Of a stretch of DNA of 63,766 nt, positions 1 through 9,963 are shown piece by piece; the stretch's first letter is position 1, and each line of letters opens with the position of its first letter. The DNA is taken from positions 1-63,766 of the forward strand of contig CAYMJV010000005.1 of assembly GCA_964390545.1 (NCBI GenBank), read 5' to 3'. Origin of the DNA: an uncultured Syntrophaceae bacterium (lineage in GTDB: Bacteria > Desulfobacterota > BSN033 > UBA1163). A program made the position numbers and the translations under genes. Below the pieces are notes generated by a model that saw nothing but the letters and a program-made list of their open reading frames with translations, was not told the DNA's origin and ran no database searches.

Positions 1-181
1 ACCGGTAGGAACTCGCTTCATCGATATCCTCCTGGATCTCCTCAAAACGTTTGATCCGAAACGATTTCCCCTGGTAGGCTGCGCAAAAAGTGCATCGATT
101 GTAAGAACAGCCCACGGTCACCTGAAGGATCAAACTGTCGGCCTCGCTGGGGGGGCGAAAGATCATCCCCTCATAGTTCAT
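1..181 (-). CDS. Radical SAM protein, N-terminal part (runs off the window edge)
   Basis: Manual translation MNYEGMIFRPPSEADSLILQVTVGCSYNRCTFCAAY contains CxxxCxxC; AGGAG lies upstream of the ATG at 181. Not in the ORF track. Confidence 0.85.
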   Translation of the reverse strand, partial: MNYEGMIFRPPSEADSLILQVTVGCSYNRCTFCAAYQGKSFRIKRFEEIQEDIDEASSYR

Positions 182-197
182 TTGGAGGGCTCCTTCT

Positions 198-397
198 ATT
201 CACGAATGATTCGAATGATAGCGAATGTATACAAACGAATCACACAAATGACATCGAATCTCACGAATAAGAATGAATTCACCCCGTAACGACGCAACCT
301 CGATTCCTTTCTCGCAAACGGTATATGATATTCGTGCTATTCGTTGCCATTCGTGTTATTTGTCATAAAATATTCGTGTCATTTGCCGTCATTCGTC
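198..397. repeat. Periodic inverted-repeat element, CGAAT/ATTCG type
   Basis: Left arm has repeated CGAAT; right arm has repeated ATTCG; sits between ftsB and the radical SAM gene. Confidence 0.75.
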
Positions 398-703
398 CTA
401 TTTGCCTTTTGAATTTTTTTTGTCGTCCGGGGAATCAAACTGATAAATGACCTCTCCCTCTTTCACCATCCCCAACTCTTTCCGGGCGATTTCTTCAATA
501 TAGCGCTTTTCATACTGTAGCCGTTTCACTTCTTCCCTTAGTTTCTGGTTCTCTTCCTCTATCTTTACATTCGCCTCTTTGATCCGGCCCCATTCCTTCT
601 GAAGACGAAGAAGATGGACAATTCCCTTGTCTCCAAAAAAAGTGAAAAATCCGAAAATTAAAAAGAGAAAAAGGACCAAAATGAGAATTCGCTTCTTGCT
701 CAT
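398..703 (-). CDS. ftsB: Septum formation initiator FtsB/DivIC family
   Basis: N-terminal TM helix, coiled coil, C-terminal IEEIARKELGMVKEGE motif. Confidence 0.85.
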   Translation of the reverse strand: MSKKRILILVLFLFLIFGFFTFFGDKGIVHLLRLQKEWGRIKEANVKIEEENQKLREEVKRLQYEKRYIEEIARKELGMVKEGEVIYQFDSPDDKKNSKGK

Positions 704-707
704 CTCG

Positions 708-1532
708 TTACTGGAGTTTAAATTTGATGGGAATCATGCCCCACTCCTCCACGGGAGGTTGATCTTTGGGCAACGGAGCGAATCGCCATTGTTTCAAATA
801 TTGGATGGCCAAGCGTTCAAGCTCTGCATCCCCTTTCACGGAAGGGATGGCACGATCGACGATCCCGCTGGGCAATACCCAAAAGGTCAATTCAATTTCT
901 GTCTCCACTCGTACCTTAATTTGCGGAAGCGGTGGCCTTTCCAAGATTTTTCGAGCGGCGAGAGGTCCCTTGATTCCCAATTGTAAGTTCTCCTCAAGAG
1001 GCTTTCCTATTGAAGGTTTTTCCCTCGAGCTCAAGAGCCCCTCAACGATCTTCTCCGTCCCCTTATCCTTTCGAGGGGGCAACTCCAAGGCCTCCTTGAG
1101 GGATGGCATCGGAGATTCTGGGTTGAAGAGATCTTCCTTCTGTTTCAAATATTCCACCAACACCTTCTCGATCTCCTTAAACTCAGGAGAATTCCTAAAA
1201 GCTTTCATCCTCTCCTCTTCCGAAGTCCCCTCCAATTTCTTCGGACGGGGATATTCTGGAACCAGGGATTTCCAATCTTGACTGGCCTTGGCCTCCTCCA
1301 TTTTCTTGAGGATGACCTCTTCCCTGATTCGTTTCTCCTCAGGAGGGATTTCTTGCTTCCCCCATCCCAATAACCTCCTGCTTTCCCTGTTCAGTGCCTC
1401 CCATCTTTCCTCCATGAAGGTCCGAAACGCAGGGGTTGACAGGAAAAGCAATGCCAGGAAACCTAGGAGAACAAGGATCAGGGCGATCAGGAGGGGAACA
1501 AACCGCCGCTCTCGCTTCGGCTTTTCTTTCAT
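708..1532 (-). CDS. Membrane-anchored protein with C-terminal TonB_C-like domain
   Basis: Basic N-terminus plus TM helix; C-terminal IELTFWVLPSGIV...LERLAIQYLKQWRFAP resembles TonB/TolA C-domains. Confidence 0.7.
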   Translation of the reverse strand: MKEKPKRERRFVPLLIALILVLLGFLALLFLSTPAFRTFMEERWEALNRESRRLLGWGKQEIPPEEKRIREEVILKKMEEAKASQDWKSLVPEYPRPKKLEGTSEEERMKAFRNSPEFKEIEKVLVEYLKQKEDLFNPESPMPSLKEALELPPRKDKGTEKIVEGLLSSREKPSIGKPLEENLQLGIKGPLAARKILERPPLPQIKVRVETEIELTFWVLPSGIVDRAIPSVKGDAELERLAIQYLKQWRFAPLPKDQPPVEEWGMIPIKFKLQ

Positions 1533-4500
1533 TGACGAGGCATTCCTTTCTGAATCTGATCGATCATCTTCTTGGCCAACTCTCTTCGATCTTCCCTCTT
1601 CGTCTTTGCAAGCAATTTCTGGTAGACCTGTTTCGCTTCGGTGAATTTTTTCTCGTCCAGATAAAGCACCCCCAATTTAAGAAGGGCTTCCTCCATTACT
1701 TCAGCCCGGTGGGGATAGAGGTAAACGACTCTTGAAAATTGAACTAAGGCCTGCTCTTTATTCTCAGCTCCGAGATGGGCCTCTCCCAATTTAAGCTGGG
1801 CCTGACTGGCGACCCCTTCCTCTTCGCTTTGAATCGCCACGGAAAGGACGGAGATGGCGTCCCCGAATTTTTTCTGGCTCAAGAAGAGAAGTCCCAACCG
1901 GAGATACCCTTCATACCTCATCTCATCATTGGGAAACTTTCCAACAAAATCCCTCATGACCTTCACCGCCTGGTCCGTCTTCCCCAGGTGCCGATATCCT
2001 TCCTCCATTCCCAGGTAAGCTCTCTTCACGATGAGATGTTGCGGATGATTCTGAATCACCCAGTCAAACTTTTCTAATGCCTTTGGATAATCTTTCAGGC
2101 TGAGATAGAGCTCGCCAGCCTCCACATAGGCTTCTACATAGAGATGGCTCTTGGGATGCTGCCTGATGAACTTCTCCATCTCCTCCGCGGATTCCGCCCA
2201 TTTTTTTTCCTGTTTGAACAGAAGGGCAATACGGAATTGGGCTTCTTCAGCTCCCTCCCCATTCGAATAAAGGTTGATCAACTCTCGATAGGTCTTCATC
2301 GCCTTCTCGCTCATCCGGTTTTGTTCATAGGAGTCTCCTAATTGAATCAGAGCTTGACCCGCCAAGGGATGTTGAGGATACCGTTTCACAAAAGACTCTA
2401 CGCGAGCCACAAAGGCCTCTCGCTTCTTCTCTTGGAGGAGAGAGAGGATGATGCCATAATCAGCCTCCGGGGCTTCTTTTGACTTAGGGTATTCCTTGAT
2501 CAGTTGAAGATAGATGTTGGTCGCTTGACCATATCGCTTGAGATTATAATATCCATCTCCCATCTTCAGTAGGGAGGACGGAACAAGAGGGCTCCGAGGA
2601 TATTGTTGGATGACGCGTTGAAACTCCCCGATCGCCTTGTCATAATTTTTCTTTCTGAAATAGGACCATGCGATCCAGTACTGGGATTCGTCCCGATAGG
2701 AACTCGAAGGATAAGAATCCAAGATCATTCGAAACCGGTCGATGGCTTCATCAAAGCGCTCTTCCCGATAGCCAATCCATCCAAGGAGATACAAAGCCTT
2801 CTCGGTGTCCCCATTCCCTTTGGCTTGAGACGTTAGACGCACTAGATGAGTCCTCGCCTGTTTATAATCATTCTGGTTCAGAAAACATTCGGCAACCATC
2901 AGGGAAATGGAAGGAGTGGACTGATATTGAGGGAATTCGTTGAGGATCTTCAGAAAATAGTGATTGGCCTCTTTCCATTCACGCCTTTGAAAATGGTACC
3001 AACCCAAACTGCTCAATCCTTTCGGATAGAAGGCAGGGTCCGCTTTCAATCGGTCCACATATCCTACACCCTTCCGATAGTCCTGTTTGCGGAGGCTTGT
3101 CTCTGCCAGCCAATAAAGGATTTCATCCTTTCCCTTATGATTCGGGTAATCCGTGAGGAGCCTTTCCCAGGATAGGATCGCCCCCTCATAATCTTTCATG
3201 AAAAAATAAGCATAACCTAACCTTAAGAAGACCCGATCCTCAAGCCTGGCCTGCCTTTTCTCTTCTAAGGCTCGACGATAAGCCTGGATGGCTGCGGCGT
3301 ACTCCTTTTGACTGAATAAAGATTCTCCCAGCATGAAATAGGCCCACTCCTGGAGGGTGCTTTCTGGATAGATCCCGAGAAATTGCCGGAACGTCGTGGT
3401 CGCCTGTGCATATTCCCCCCTCTCAAAATAGTGTTGGCCAATATCAAAAAGACTTTTTTCACCCCAAGGAGAAGAGAGAAAGTGAGAAAGAAATCTCTGG
3501 TAAAAGAGGGTTGCCCTCTCCACCTCATTGGTTCCAAGATAAGTCTTTAGAATTCCCCAGAAGGTGGGATCTGAAAGATTGCCTCTCGGGAAGGTGAGGA
3601 GAATCTCTTCAAAAGTCTTTCTCCCCTCTTCATATTGCCCAAGGGAGACCAGACTCCAGGCATAGGCGTAGCGTGCGCTCTCTTCGAGCGGATGCTGGGG
3701 GAAACGTATCCAGAAATTTCTGAAAAGATCCGCTGCCTCATTGAATTTCTGAAGCCTGAATAGGCTGGTACCCATCAGGTATTCCGCCTCTGGTCTCCAT
3801 ATCCCTTTTGGAAAGGTACGAAGCTGAGCCTCTATCTCTCGAACCGCTTGTTCATAATGATCGATCTGATAGAGACAGTAGCCAGACCAAAAGAGCGAAG
3901 GTTGGGTAATGGGGTGGGTTGGGCTTTTCTCATAAACTTGATGGAAGAAGGTAAATCCCTTCTCATAGTCACCCCTCCTGAGCTGGATCCATCCACAGGA
4001 ATAAAGAGCATAGGGATAAAATTCATTGCCTGAATCTTCATCAACCACCTTTTGAAAATAGGAGAAGGCTTCTTCCGTTTTTCCCTGGTGAAACGTCGCT
4101 TCCCCTGCCCAGTAAAAGGCAGCTCCTCTCCAGGGGCTTTGGGGATATACTCGAATCAACCTTTGGAATGTCTCAAAGGCCTCTTCAAAATCGCGATGAT
4201 AATAGTAATACCTTCCCTTTTCATAAAGGGCTTTGTCTCCTTTCACTACCCTCGTGACGCCTCGGGTGAGCCTACTGGTATAAGCACATCCCGGCTGAGT
4301 GGTTGAAGGACTCATCTTCTGGGTCGGACCGATAGACTCCTCTCCCAGATCGAAAGAACCGATATGGGGCTCTTCCTTTACCCCTTGAGCCATGAGAACG
4401 GGGAGAGGGATTTCTCTCTTCTCCGTCCACTTAGTTTCCTCTTTCCCCAGGAAAATGATTTCTGGGGTTCCGGCGCGCTCTGGCTGCTGGCTCTCACTTT

Positions 4501-4585
4501 GGAAAATTGGAAATGAAAAGAGGATGATGAACAGAAGAAAGAGACTGGAGATCCTCGTCACCAATTTCATTAACTTCCATCTCAT
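1529..4585 (-). CDS. Large exported tetratricopeptide-repeat protein (CpoB/BamD-like repeats)
   Basis: Signal-like N-terminus; many TPR units ending in YP/FP/HP turns over about 900 aa. Confidence 0.85.
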   Translation of the reverse strand: MRWKLMKLVTRISSLFLLFIILFSFPIFQSESQQPERAGTPEIIFLGKEETKWTEKREIPLPVLMAQGVKEEPHIGSFDLGEESIGPTQKMSPSTTQPGCAYTSRLTRGVTRVVKGDKALYEKGRYYYYHRDFEEAFETFQRLIRVYPQSPWRGAAFYWAGEATFHQGKTEEAFSYFQKVVDEDSGNEFYPYALYSCGWIQLRRGDYEKGFTFFHQVYEKSPTHPITQPSLFWSGYCLYQIDHYEQAVREIEAQLRTFPKGIWRPEAEYLMGTSLFRLQKFNEAADLFRNFWIRFPQHPLEESARYAYAWSLVSLGQYEEGRKTFEEILLTFPRGNLSDPTFWGILKTYLGTNEVERATLFYQRFLSHFLSSPWGEKSLFDIGQHYFERGEYAQATTTFRQFLGIYPESTLQEWAYFMLGESLFSQKEYAAAIQAYRRALEEKRQARLEDRVFLRLGYAYFFMKDYEGAILSWERLLTDYPNHKGKDEILYWLAETSLRKQDYRKGVGYVDRLKADPAFYPKGLSSLGWYHFQRREWKEANHYFLKILNEFPQYQSTPSISLMVAECFLNQNDYKQARTHLVRLTSQAKGNGDTEKALYLLGWIGYREERFDEAIDRFRMILDSYPSSSYRDESQYWIAWSYFRKKNYDKAIGEFQRVIQQYPRSPLVPSSLLKMGDGYYNLKRYGQATNIYLQLIKEYPKSKEAPEADYGIILSLLQEKKREAFVARVESFVKRYPQHPLAGQALIQLGDSYEQNRMSEKAMKTYRELINLYSNGEGAEEAQFRIALLFKQEKKWAESAEEMEKFIRQHPKSHLYVEAYVEAGELYLSLKDYPKALEKFDWVIQNHPQHLIVKRAYLGMEEGYRHLGKTDQAVKVMRDFVGKFPNDEMRYEGYLRLGLLFLSQKKFGDAISVLSVAIQSEEEGVASQAQLKLGEAHLGAENKEQALVQFSRVVYLYPHRAEVMEEALLKLGVLYLDEKKFTEAKQVYQKLLAKTKREDRRELAKKMIDQIQKGMPRQ

Positions 4586-4593
4586 AATCTTCT

Positions 4594-4623
4594 AAGGTAG
4601 CAGAAACATTCGAGGAATGTCAA
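4594..4623 (-). promoter_or_regulatory. Sigma-70-type promoter of the TPR-tonB-ftsB operon
   Basis: TTGACA-N18-TACCTT with extended TG; the -10 box ends 8 nt before the ATG. Confidence 0.55.
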
Positions 4624-4822
4624 GGATTGACCAGCTACAAGCACCACACCGAAGATAATCGAGAGGATACCGCCGAGGATAAGCGCCCATCCGTTGCTTA
4701 TCTCCTTACGCAAGCGTATGGCAGTAACAATCTCGAAGATGCCCTAAATGATTGCCCACACCACGATTAAGTAGAGCAACGCGATGGCGGTGAAGCCAGG
4801 GTAGATGAATGTGAAAATACCG
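4624..4822 (-). pseudogene. HdeD/DUF308-like membrane protein fragment with in-frame TAG
   Basis: Manual translation [58 protein letters not shown]; stop at 4744-4746; no start codon or N-terminal half. Confidence 0.7.
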
Positions 4823-4830
4823 ACCGATCA

Positions 4831-5130
4831 TCACTTAAATTTTGCGGTAGCGCTATCGAAGGCTTTCTTTAGTTCGGTCCAGGCACTTTCGACCCCTTTT
4901 CTCAATTCTCCAGATGCGGCGTCGCCCGCTTTCTTCAATTCCTCCAGCTTCTTTTGTGCTTCATCCATCTTAGTGCGTAAGGCGGCAACCTCATTGTCGA
5001 GTTTGACCTTCGCTTTGGTCTTGGCCTTGCCCGCCTTAGCCCTGAATTTCTCGAGATCGATGCCCCATTCTTTCATTTGAGTTTCTAACGTCTCTACCTT
5101 AACTTGAGCTTCTTTCTTTTCCTCTTCCAT
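4831..5130 (-). CDS. Small coiled-coil protein, sll1863-like stress protein
   Basis: Typical C-terminal ELRKGVESAWTELKKAFDSA pattern; GGAG RBS. Confidence 0.6.
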   Translation of the reverse strand: MEEEKKEAQVKVETLETQMKEWGIDLEKFRAKAGKAKTKAKVKLDNEVAALRTKMDEAQKKLEELKKAGDAASGELRKGVESAWTELKKAFDSATAKFK

Positions 5131-5233
5131 GGATTCTCCTCCTGTGGTTGTTAGTCAGGGATGGTACTGAACTCCGATTTTGGAGTCAACGAATTATTGG
5201 AACATCCCTTTTCTCAATGCTATTTCTTGCACT

Positions 5234-5344
5234 TTATGCACCGAGCGTAACTTGTTTACCCGTATCCATTGCCACTCGAACAACATTTTGAATCAAACAA
5301 AGGATGGCCGGGTTCAAAGGTTCATAGAGATGGTTTACCAAATC
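5234..5344 (-). pseudogene. Fragment of PTS Enzyme I (PtsI/PtsP) C-terminal domain
   Basis: Manual translation DLVNHLYEPLNPAILCLIQNVVRVAMDTGKQVTLGA* resembles the EI motif VxxLYxPxxPAvLRLIxxV...GkxVxxCGE. Confidence 0.55.
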
Positions 5345-5345
5345 G

Positions 5346-8300
5346 TTATCCCGATGGATTTGTCTCAGCTCCCTTGGCCACTTCACGTTTCGTGTGTTTG
5401 CCAAAGGTTTTTTGGATCATCACATAGAAGAGCGGCGCAAAGATGGTCACCAGGAAGGTGGAGGTAACCACTCCCCCCAGCACCGCAGTGCCGATGGCCT
5501 TTTGGGCGCCTGCGCCCGCCCCGGTGGCAAACGCCATCGGCATCACGCCGAATCCGAAGGCCAAAGAAGTCATGATGATGGGACGCAGCCTCAGCTTCGC
5601 CGCTTCCACTGTAGCCTCGATCAGCCCCATTCCTTCTTCCACCCGGGCCTTTGCGAACTGCACGATCAGGATGGCGTTCTTGGTGGTCAGGCCGAGAGTG
5701 GTCAACAGCCCGATCTGGAAATAGACGTCATTGGGCAACCCCCGTAGAGTCGAACCGATCACGCCGCCGATGGCTCCCAGGGGCAGGGCCATCAGGATCG
5801 AAATGGGGATAGGCCAGCTCTCATACAGGGCCGCCAGGCACAGGAAGATTACCAGAATGGAAAAGGCATAGAGGGGGACTGTCTGAGCGCCAGCCTGCCG
5901 TTCCTGATAGGAAAGCCCGGTCCAGTCAGACCCGATCCCCTGCGGCAATTTCTTGACGAAGCCTTCCATGGCTTGCATCGCCTCGCCGGAACTTCTCCCC
6001 GGAGCCGATTCGCCCAAAATGTTTATAGATGGAAAGCCGTTGAAGCGCTCTAGCTTCGGAGAACCGGAAGTCCAGTGCCCGGACGCAAAGGAAGAAAAAG
6101 GAACCATCTTGCCCGCGTTGTTGCGCACATGAAGTCTTTTCAGATCCTCGGGCAACATGCGGTAGGGGGCGTCGGCCTGGGCATACACCCTCTTCACACG
6201 TCCGCCTTGAATGAAGTCATTGATATAGGCGCTGCCGAAGGCCGCCGAGATTGTGTTGTGGATGGAGGTGATGGGTACTCCCAACGCGCCAGCTTTCTCC
6301 CAATCCACGTCAATCCGATACTCGGGCATGTCTTCCAGTCCGTTGGGCCGGACCTTGGTCAAGACCGGGTCTTTCGCCGCCATGCCGAGAAGCTGGTTGC
6401 GAGCTGCCATCAGCTCGGCGTGGCCTAGACCACCCCGGTCCAACAACTGAAAATCAAACCCCTTGGACATGCTCAGTTCGACGACGGCTGGCGGCGGAAA
6501 GACAAACACCATGGCATTGCGGATTTTTGAAAATTTCCCCATTGCTCTTCCGGCCACGGCACCAACCTTGAGCTCCGGCCGGTTGCGGAGTTCCCAGTCC
6601 TTGAGCTTGACGAATGACATACCCGTATTCTGTCCCCGGGCGCCGAAGCTAGCCCCGGAAAGCGTCATGCACGATGCCACCGCATCTTTCTCGTCCTTCA
6701 GAAAATAGTCTTTGACCGCCTCCATGACCTTTTCGGTCTGCTCCAGGGTCGAGTTCGCCGGAAGCAAGACCTGTACTAACAGGGTTCCCTGATCTTCATC
6801 CGGGAGATAGGCGGTAGGCATCCGACTAAACAGGAAGCCTCCCGCTGCCACGATCAGAATAAATATAATCACATAGCGGATCTTCTTGGCAAGGGATTGA
6901 CCCACCAGTTGCAGATATTGATCTCTGGCCCGAAAAAAGAGGTGGTCAAACCATCTGAAGAACGGTCGCAGAAACCAGATGCCCCCCTCTGTGGCTTCAT
7001 GCCCCTTGGGCACCGGCTTGAGAAAGGATGCGCACAACACCGGCGTCAGGATCAAGGCCACCACCACCGAAAGAAGCATGGAGGCGATGATGGTTACGGA
7101 GAACTGGCGGTAGATGACCCCCGTGGACCCTGCGAAAAAAGCCATTGGGCCGAAGACTGCCGAGAGCACTAACCCAATGCCGATCAGCGCGCTGGTGATC
7201 TGGTCCATGGACTTGCGGGTGGCTTCTTTTGGCGAAAGGCCTTCCTCGCCCATGATGCGTTCCACGTTTTCCACCACCACGATGGCGTCGTCCACCAGGA
7301 GGCCGATTGCCAAGACCATGGCGAACATGGTCAGCATGTTGACGGAGAACCCGAAAAGCCCCAGCACCGCAAAAGTCCCCAGGAGCACCACCGGCACCGC
7401 AATGGTCGGAATCAGGGTGGCCCGCATGTTCCCCATGAACAGGTACATCACCAGAAAAACCAGCAGGATCGCCTCTAAAAGGGTCTTAACCACCTCGATG
7501 ATCGCCGCCCTGACAAAGGGCGTGGTGTCAAAGGGATAAATGACCTTCATTCCGGTGGGAAAGAAATGGCTCATCTCTTCCATCTTGGCCCTGATGGCCT
7601 TCGACGTATCCAGGGCATTGGCGCCGGCCGCCTGCCGAATGGCCAGCGCGGCGGCGGGTTTGCCATCGTATTTTGCGTTCATATCATAGAACTCAGTCCC
7701 CAGCTCTGTCCGCCCCACATCCTTGACCCGCACGATGGAGCCATCCGGGTTGGTGCGCAGCGGGATCGCGGCAAACTCTCCGGGTGTCTTGAGCAGGGTC
7801 TGGACATTGATGCTGGCATTCAAGCGCTGTCCTTCCACCGCCGGCGCCCCCCCAAACTGCCCTGCTGAGACTTCCACGTTGTAGGCCCGAAGTGCCGTAA
7901 TCACATCTTGAACCGTCATCTGGTAATCGGTCAACTTGTCGGGGTTCAGCCAAATTCGCATCGCATACTGGCTGCCGAACGTCTCCACCTCGCCTACCCC
8001 CGGCACTCGCGAAAGCACCTTCTCCAGGTTGGACTGGGCATAGTCCATTAGGTCACTGCTGTCCATACTGCCATCTTCTGAAATCAAGCCCACCATCACC
8101 AGGTAGTTTCGGGTTGACTTGCTCACCTTCACGCCTTGGCGCTGCACCACCTCCGGCAAACTCGCCATGGCGAGCTGGAGCTTGTTTTGCACCTGGGCCC
8201 AGGCCAGGTCCGGATCGGTGCCCGGGGCAAAGGTCAGCTCAACGCGGGAAGCACCGGACGAATCACTGCTAGAGGAAAGATACAGCATCTTGTCGAAGCC

Positions 8301-8513
8301 GGTCATCTTTTGCTCGATGAGCTGGGTTACGCTGTTTTCAACTGTTTCCGCTGACGCTCCCGGATAAAAGGCGGTGATGGCGATGGAAGGAGGAGCGATG
8401 GGTGGGTACTGCGATATGGGCAACCTATAGATCGCCATGGCACCCGCCACCATCAAAATAATGGCGATGACCCAGGCAAAGACCGGACGATTCAGAAAAA
8501 ATCTCGATAACAT
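5346..8513 (-). CDS. acrB: RND efflux permease, HAE1 (AcrB/MexB) family
   Basis: 1055 aa; MLSRFFLNRPVFAWV start; GLLVDDAIVVVENVER and KNAILIVQFAK proton-relay motifs. Confidence 0.95.
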   Translation of the reverse strand: MLSRFFLNRPVFAWVIAIILMVAGAMAIYRLPISQYPPIAPPSIAITAFYPGASAETVENSVTQLIEQKMTGFDKMLYLSSSSDSSGASRVELTFAPGTDPDLAWAQVQNKLQLAMASLPEVVQRQGVKVSKSTRNYLVMVGLISEDGSMDSSDLMDYAQSNLEKVLSRVPGVGEVETFGSQYAMRIWLNPDKLTDYQMTVQDVITALRAYNVEVSAGQFGGAPAVEGQRLNASINVQTLLKTPGEFAAIPLRTNPDGSIVRVKDVGRTELGTEFYDMNAKYDGKPAAALAIRQAAGANALDTSKAIRAKMEEMSHFFPTGMKVIYPFDTTPFVRAAIIEVVKTLLEAILLVFLVMYLFMGNMRATLIPTIAVPVVLLGTFAVLGLFGFSVNMLTMFAMVLAIGLLVDDAIVVVENVERIMGEEGLSPKEATRKSMDQITSALIGIGLVLSAVFGPMAFFAGSTGVIYRQFSVTIIASMLLSVVVALILTPVLCASFLKPVPKGHEATEGGIWFLRPFFRWFDHLFFRARDQYLQLVGQSLAKKIRYVIIFILIVAAGGFLFSRMPTAYLPDEDQGTLLVQVLLPANSTLEQTEKVMEAVKDYFLKDEKDAVASCMTLSGASFGARGQNTGMSFVKLKDWELRNRPELKVGAVAGRAMGKFSKIRNAMVFVFPPPAVVELSMSKGFDFQLLDRGGLGHAELMAARNQLLGMAAKDPVLTKVRPNGLEDMPEYRIDVDWEKAGALGVPITSIHNTISAAFGSAYINDFIQGGRVKRVYAQADAPYRMLPEDLKRLHVRNNAGKMVPFSSFASGHWTSGSPKLERFNGFPSINILGESAPGRSSGEAMQAMEGFVKKLPQGIGSDWTGLSYQERQAGAQTVPLYAFSILVIFLCLAALYESWPIPISILMALPLGAIGGVIGSTLRGLPNDVYFQIGLLTTLGLTTKNAILIVQFAKARVEEGMGLIEATVEAAKLRLRPIIMTSLAFGFGVMPMAFATGAGAGAQKAIGTAVLGGVVTSTFLVTIFAPLFYVMIQKTFGKHTKREVAKGAETNPSG

Positions 8514-8525
8514 CGTACGCCTCCG

Positions 8526-9863
8526 TTAATTCGATTTTTTGGCCGGCTGGGCCGTCTCTTTGGGTGCTGTACCACTTGTTCCACGATCCTGAAACGGGAG
8601 AACCTTTACAGAGGTGCCGGGCCGCACTTTTTGGACACCCTCAACGATCACCTGCTCGCCGGGCTTGAGACCTGAGGAAACAAGCCATTTGTCACCGATG
8701 GCTCGATCGACCGTGATCATCCGCTGTTGGACTTTGCTCGAGTCATCCACAATCAGGGCGACGGCATTCCCCTTCGGGTCGCGGGAGACTCCTTGCTGGG
8801 GGACAACAATTGCTCTATCGATCTCCCCTTCCTGTACAACGGCACGCACGTACATGCCAGGCAAGAGAATCTGTTTTGGGTTCGGAAAGATCATCCGGAG
8901 GATAAAGGATCCGGTGCTTGGATCAACCGTGACCTCGGAGAACTTCAGGGCTCCTTCCAGCGGATAGGGCGTGCCGTCTTCAAGAAGTAACTTCACTCGT
9001 GCCCGGTCGGTACCGGTGCCTTTGATCCGACCAGATGCCATGTTCCGTTTGACCTGCAGCAGGGTGGCACTTGACTGTGTCGCGTCCACATAAATCGGAT
9101 CCAGCTGTTGGATGGTTGCGAAGGCGGAATCTTGAAACGCTTTTGCGAGAGCGCCTACGGTCACGTTGGATTTTCCGATTCGCCCACTAATCGGGGCTGT
9201 GATCCGGGTGTATTCCACATTGATCTGAGCCGTCTTTAGCGCCGCTTCCGCCTGTGGGATGGCAGCTTCGGCCGCGGCCACTGCTTCCCGGTCGTTCTGT
9301 ACCTGTGCCTCTGCGACCCGTAGTGCAGCCTCGGCTACTTCGGCCTCGGTTACGGCCTGGTCACGCTGGCTGGCGGAGACGGATTTGCCCTTGAACAGCT
9401 CCTCGAAGCGCCAGCGGTTTGTCCGGGCAAGCTCCAGGGTGGCCCGCTGCCGCGTGACACTCGCAATGCTCGCTTCCAGTGACGCCCGCGCACGGTCTGG
9501 AGCCTTCTTCACGACAGCAAGGTTTGCGGCTGCATTGTCGTACGCCGCTTGAAAGGCGGCGGGGTCGATTTGATAGAGGACTTGACCAGCTTTCACATCA
9601 GAGCCTTCGTCGAATAGCCGTTTCTGAATGATGCCATTCACTTGAGGACGGATCTCCGCAACAAAGTAGGCGGATGTGCGACCTGGCAATTCGGTGGTTA
9701 GCACGACCCGTTCCGGCTGGACTGTCGCAATGGAAACCTCGGGGATGGCAGGCGGCGGAGCAGCCTGCTTCGAGCCACAACCAGACGTTATCAGTCCCAA
9801 GACAAGTAACCCCATGGCGGCAATTCGTTTGATCCTGTCATTGATTTTCATATAACACCTCAT
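8526..9863 (-). CDS. acrA: RND periplasmic adaptor (AcrA family), lipoprotein
   Basis: Lipobox ITSGC; EIRPQVNGII and ITAPISGRIG motifs; long alpha hairpin. Confidence 0.92.
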   Translation of the reverse strand: MRCYMKINDRIKRIAAMGLLVLGLITSGCGSKQAAPPPAIPEVSIATVQPERVVLTTELPGRTSAYFVAEIRPQVNGIIQKRLFDEGSDVKAGQVLYQIDPAAFQAAYDNAAANLAVVKKAPDRARASLEASIASVTRQRATLELARTNRWRFEELFKGKSVSASQRDQAVTEAEVAEAALRVAEAQVQNDREAVAAAEAAIPQAEAALKTAQINVEYTRITAPISGRIGKSNVTVGALAKAFQDSAFATIQQLDPIYVDATQSSATLLQVKRNMASGRIKGTGTDRARVKLLLEDGTPYPLEGALKFSEVTVDPSTGSFILRMIFPNPKQILLPGMYVRAVVQEGEIDRAIVVPQQGVSRDPKGNAVALIVDDSSKVQQRMITVDRAIGDKWLVSSGLKPGEQVIVEGVQKVRPGTSVKVLPFQDRGTSGTAPKETAQPAKKSN

Positions 9864-9963
9864 AACCGTGTATGGATTTCTTTGATTATTCTGTTTTTCT
9901 TAGCACCCAAAGCTCCTGCAGGTCAGCGATTTCTCGTCCTGCCTGAACCATCACTTCTCAAGC

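Noticed and set aside
4744-4746. In-frame TAG as pyrrolysine or programmed readthrough
   Set aside because: The fragment also lacks its start and N-terminal half, so simple decay is the better explanation.
5394-9552. Many plus-strand ORFs antisense to acrB and acrA
   Set aside because: Shadow ORFs of GC-rich coding sequence with no family motifs.
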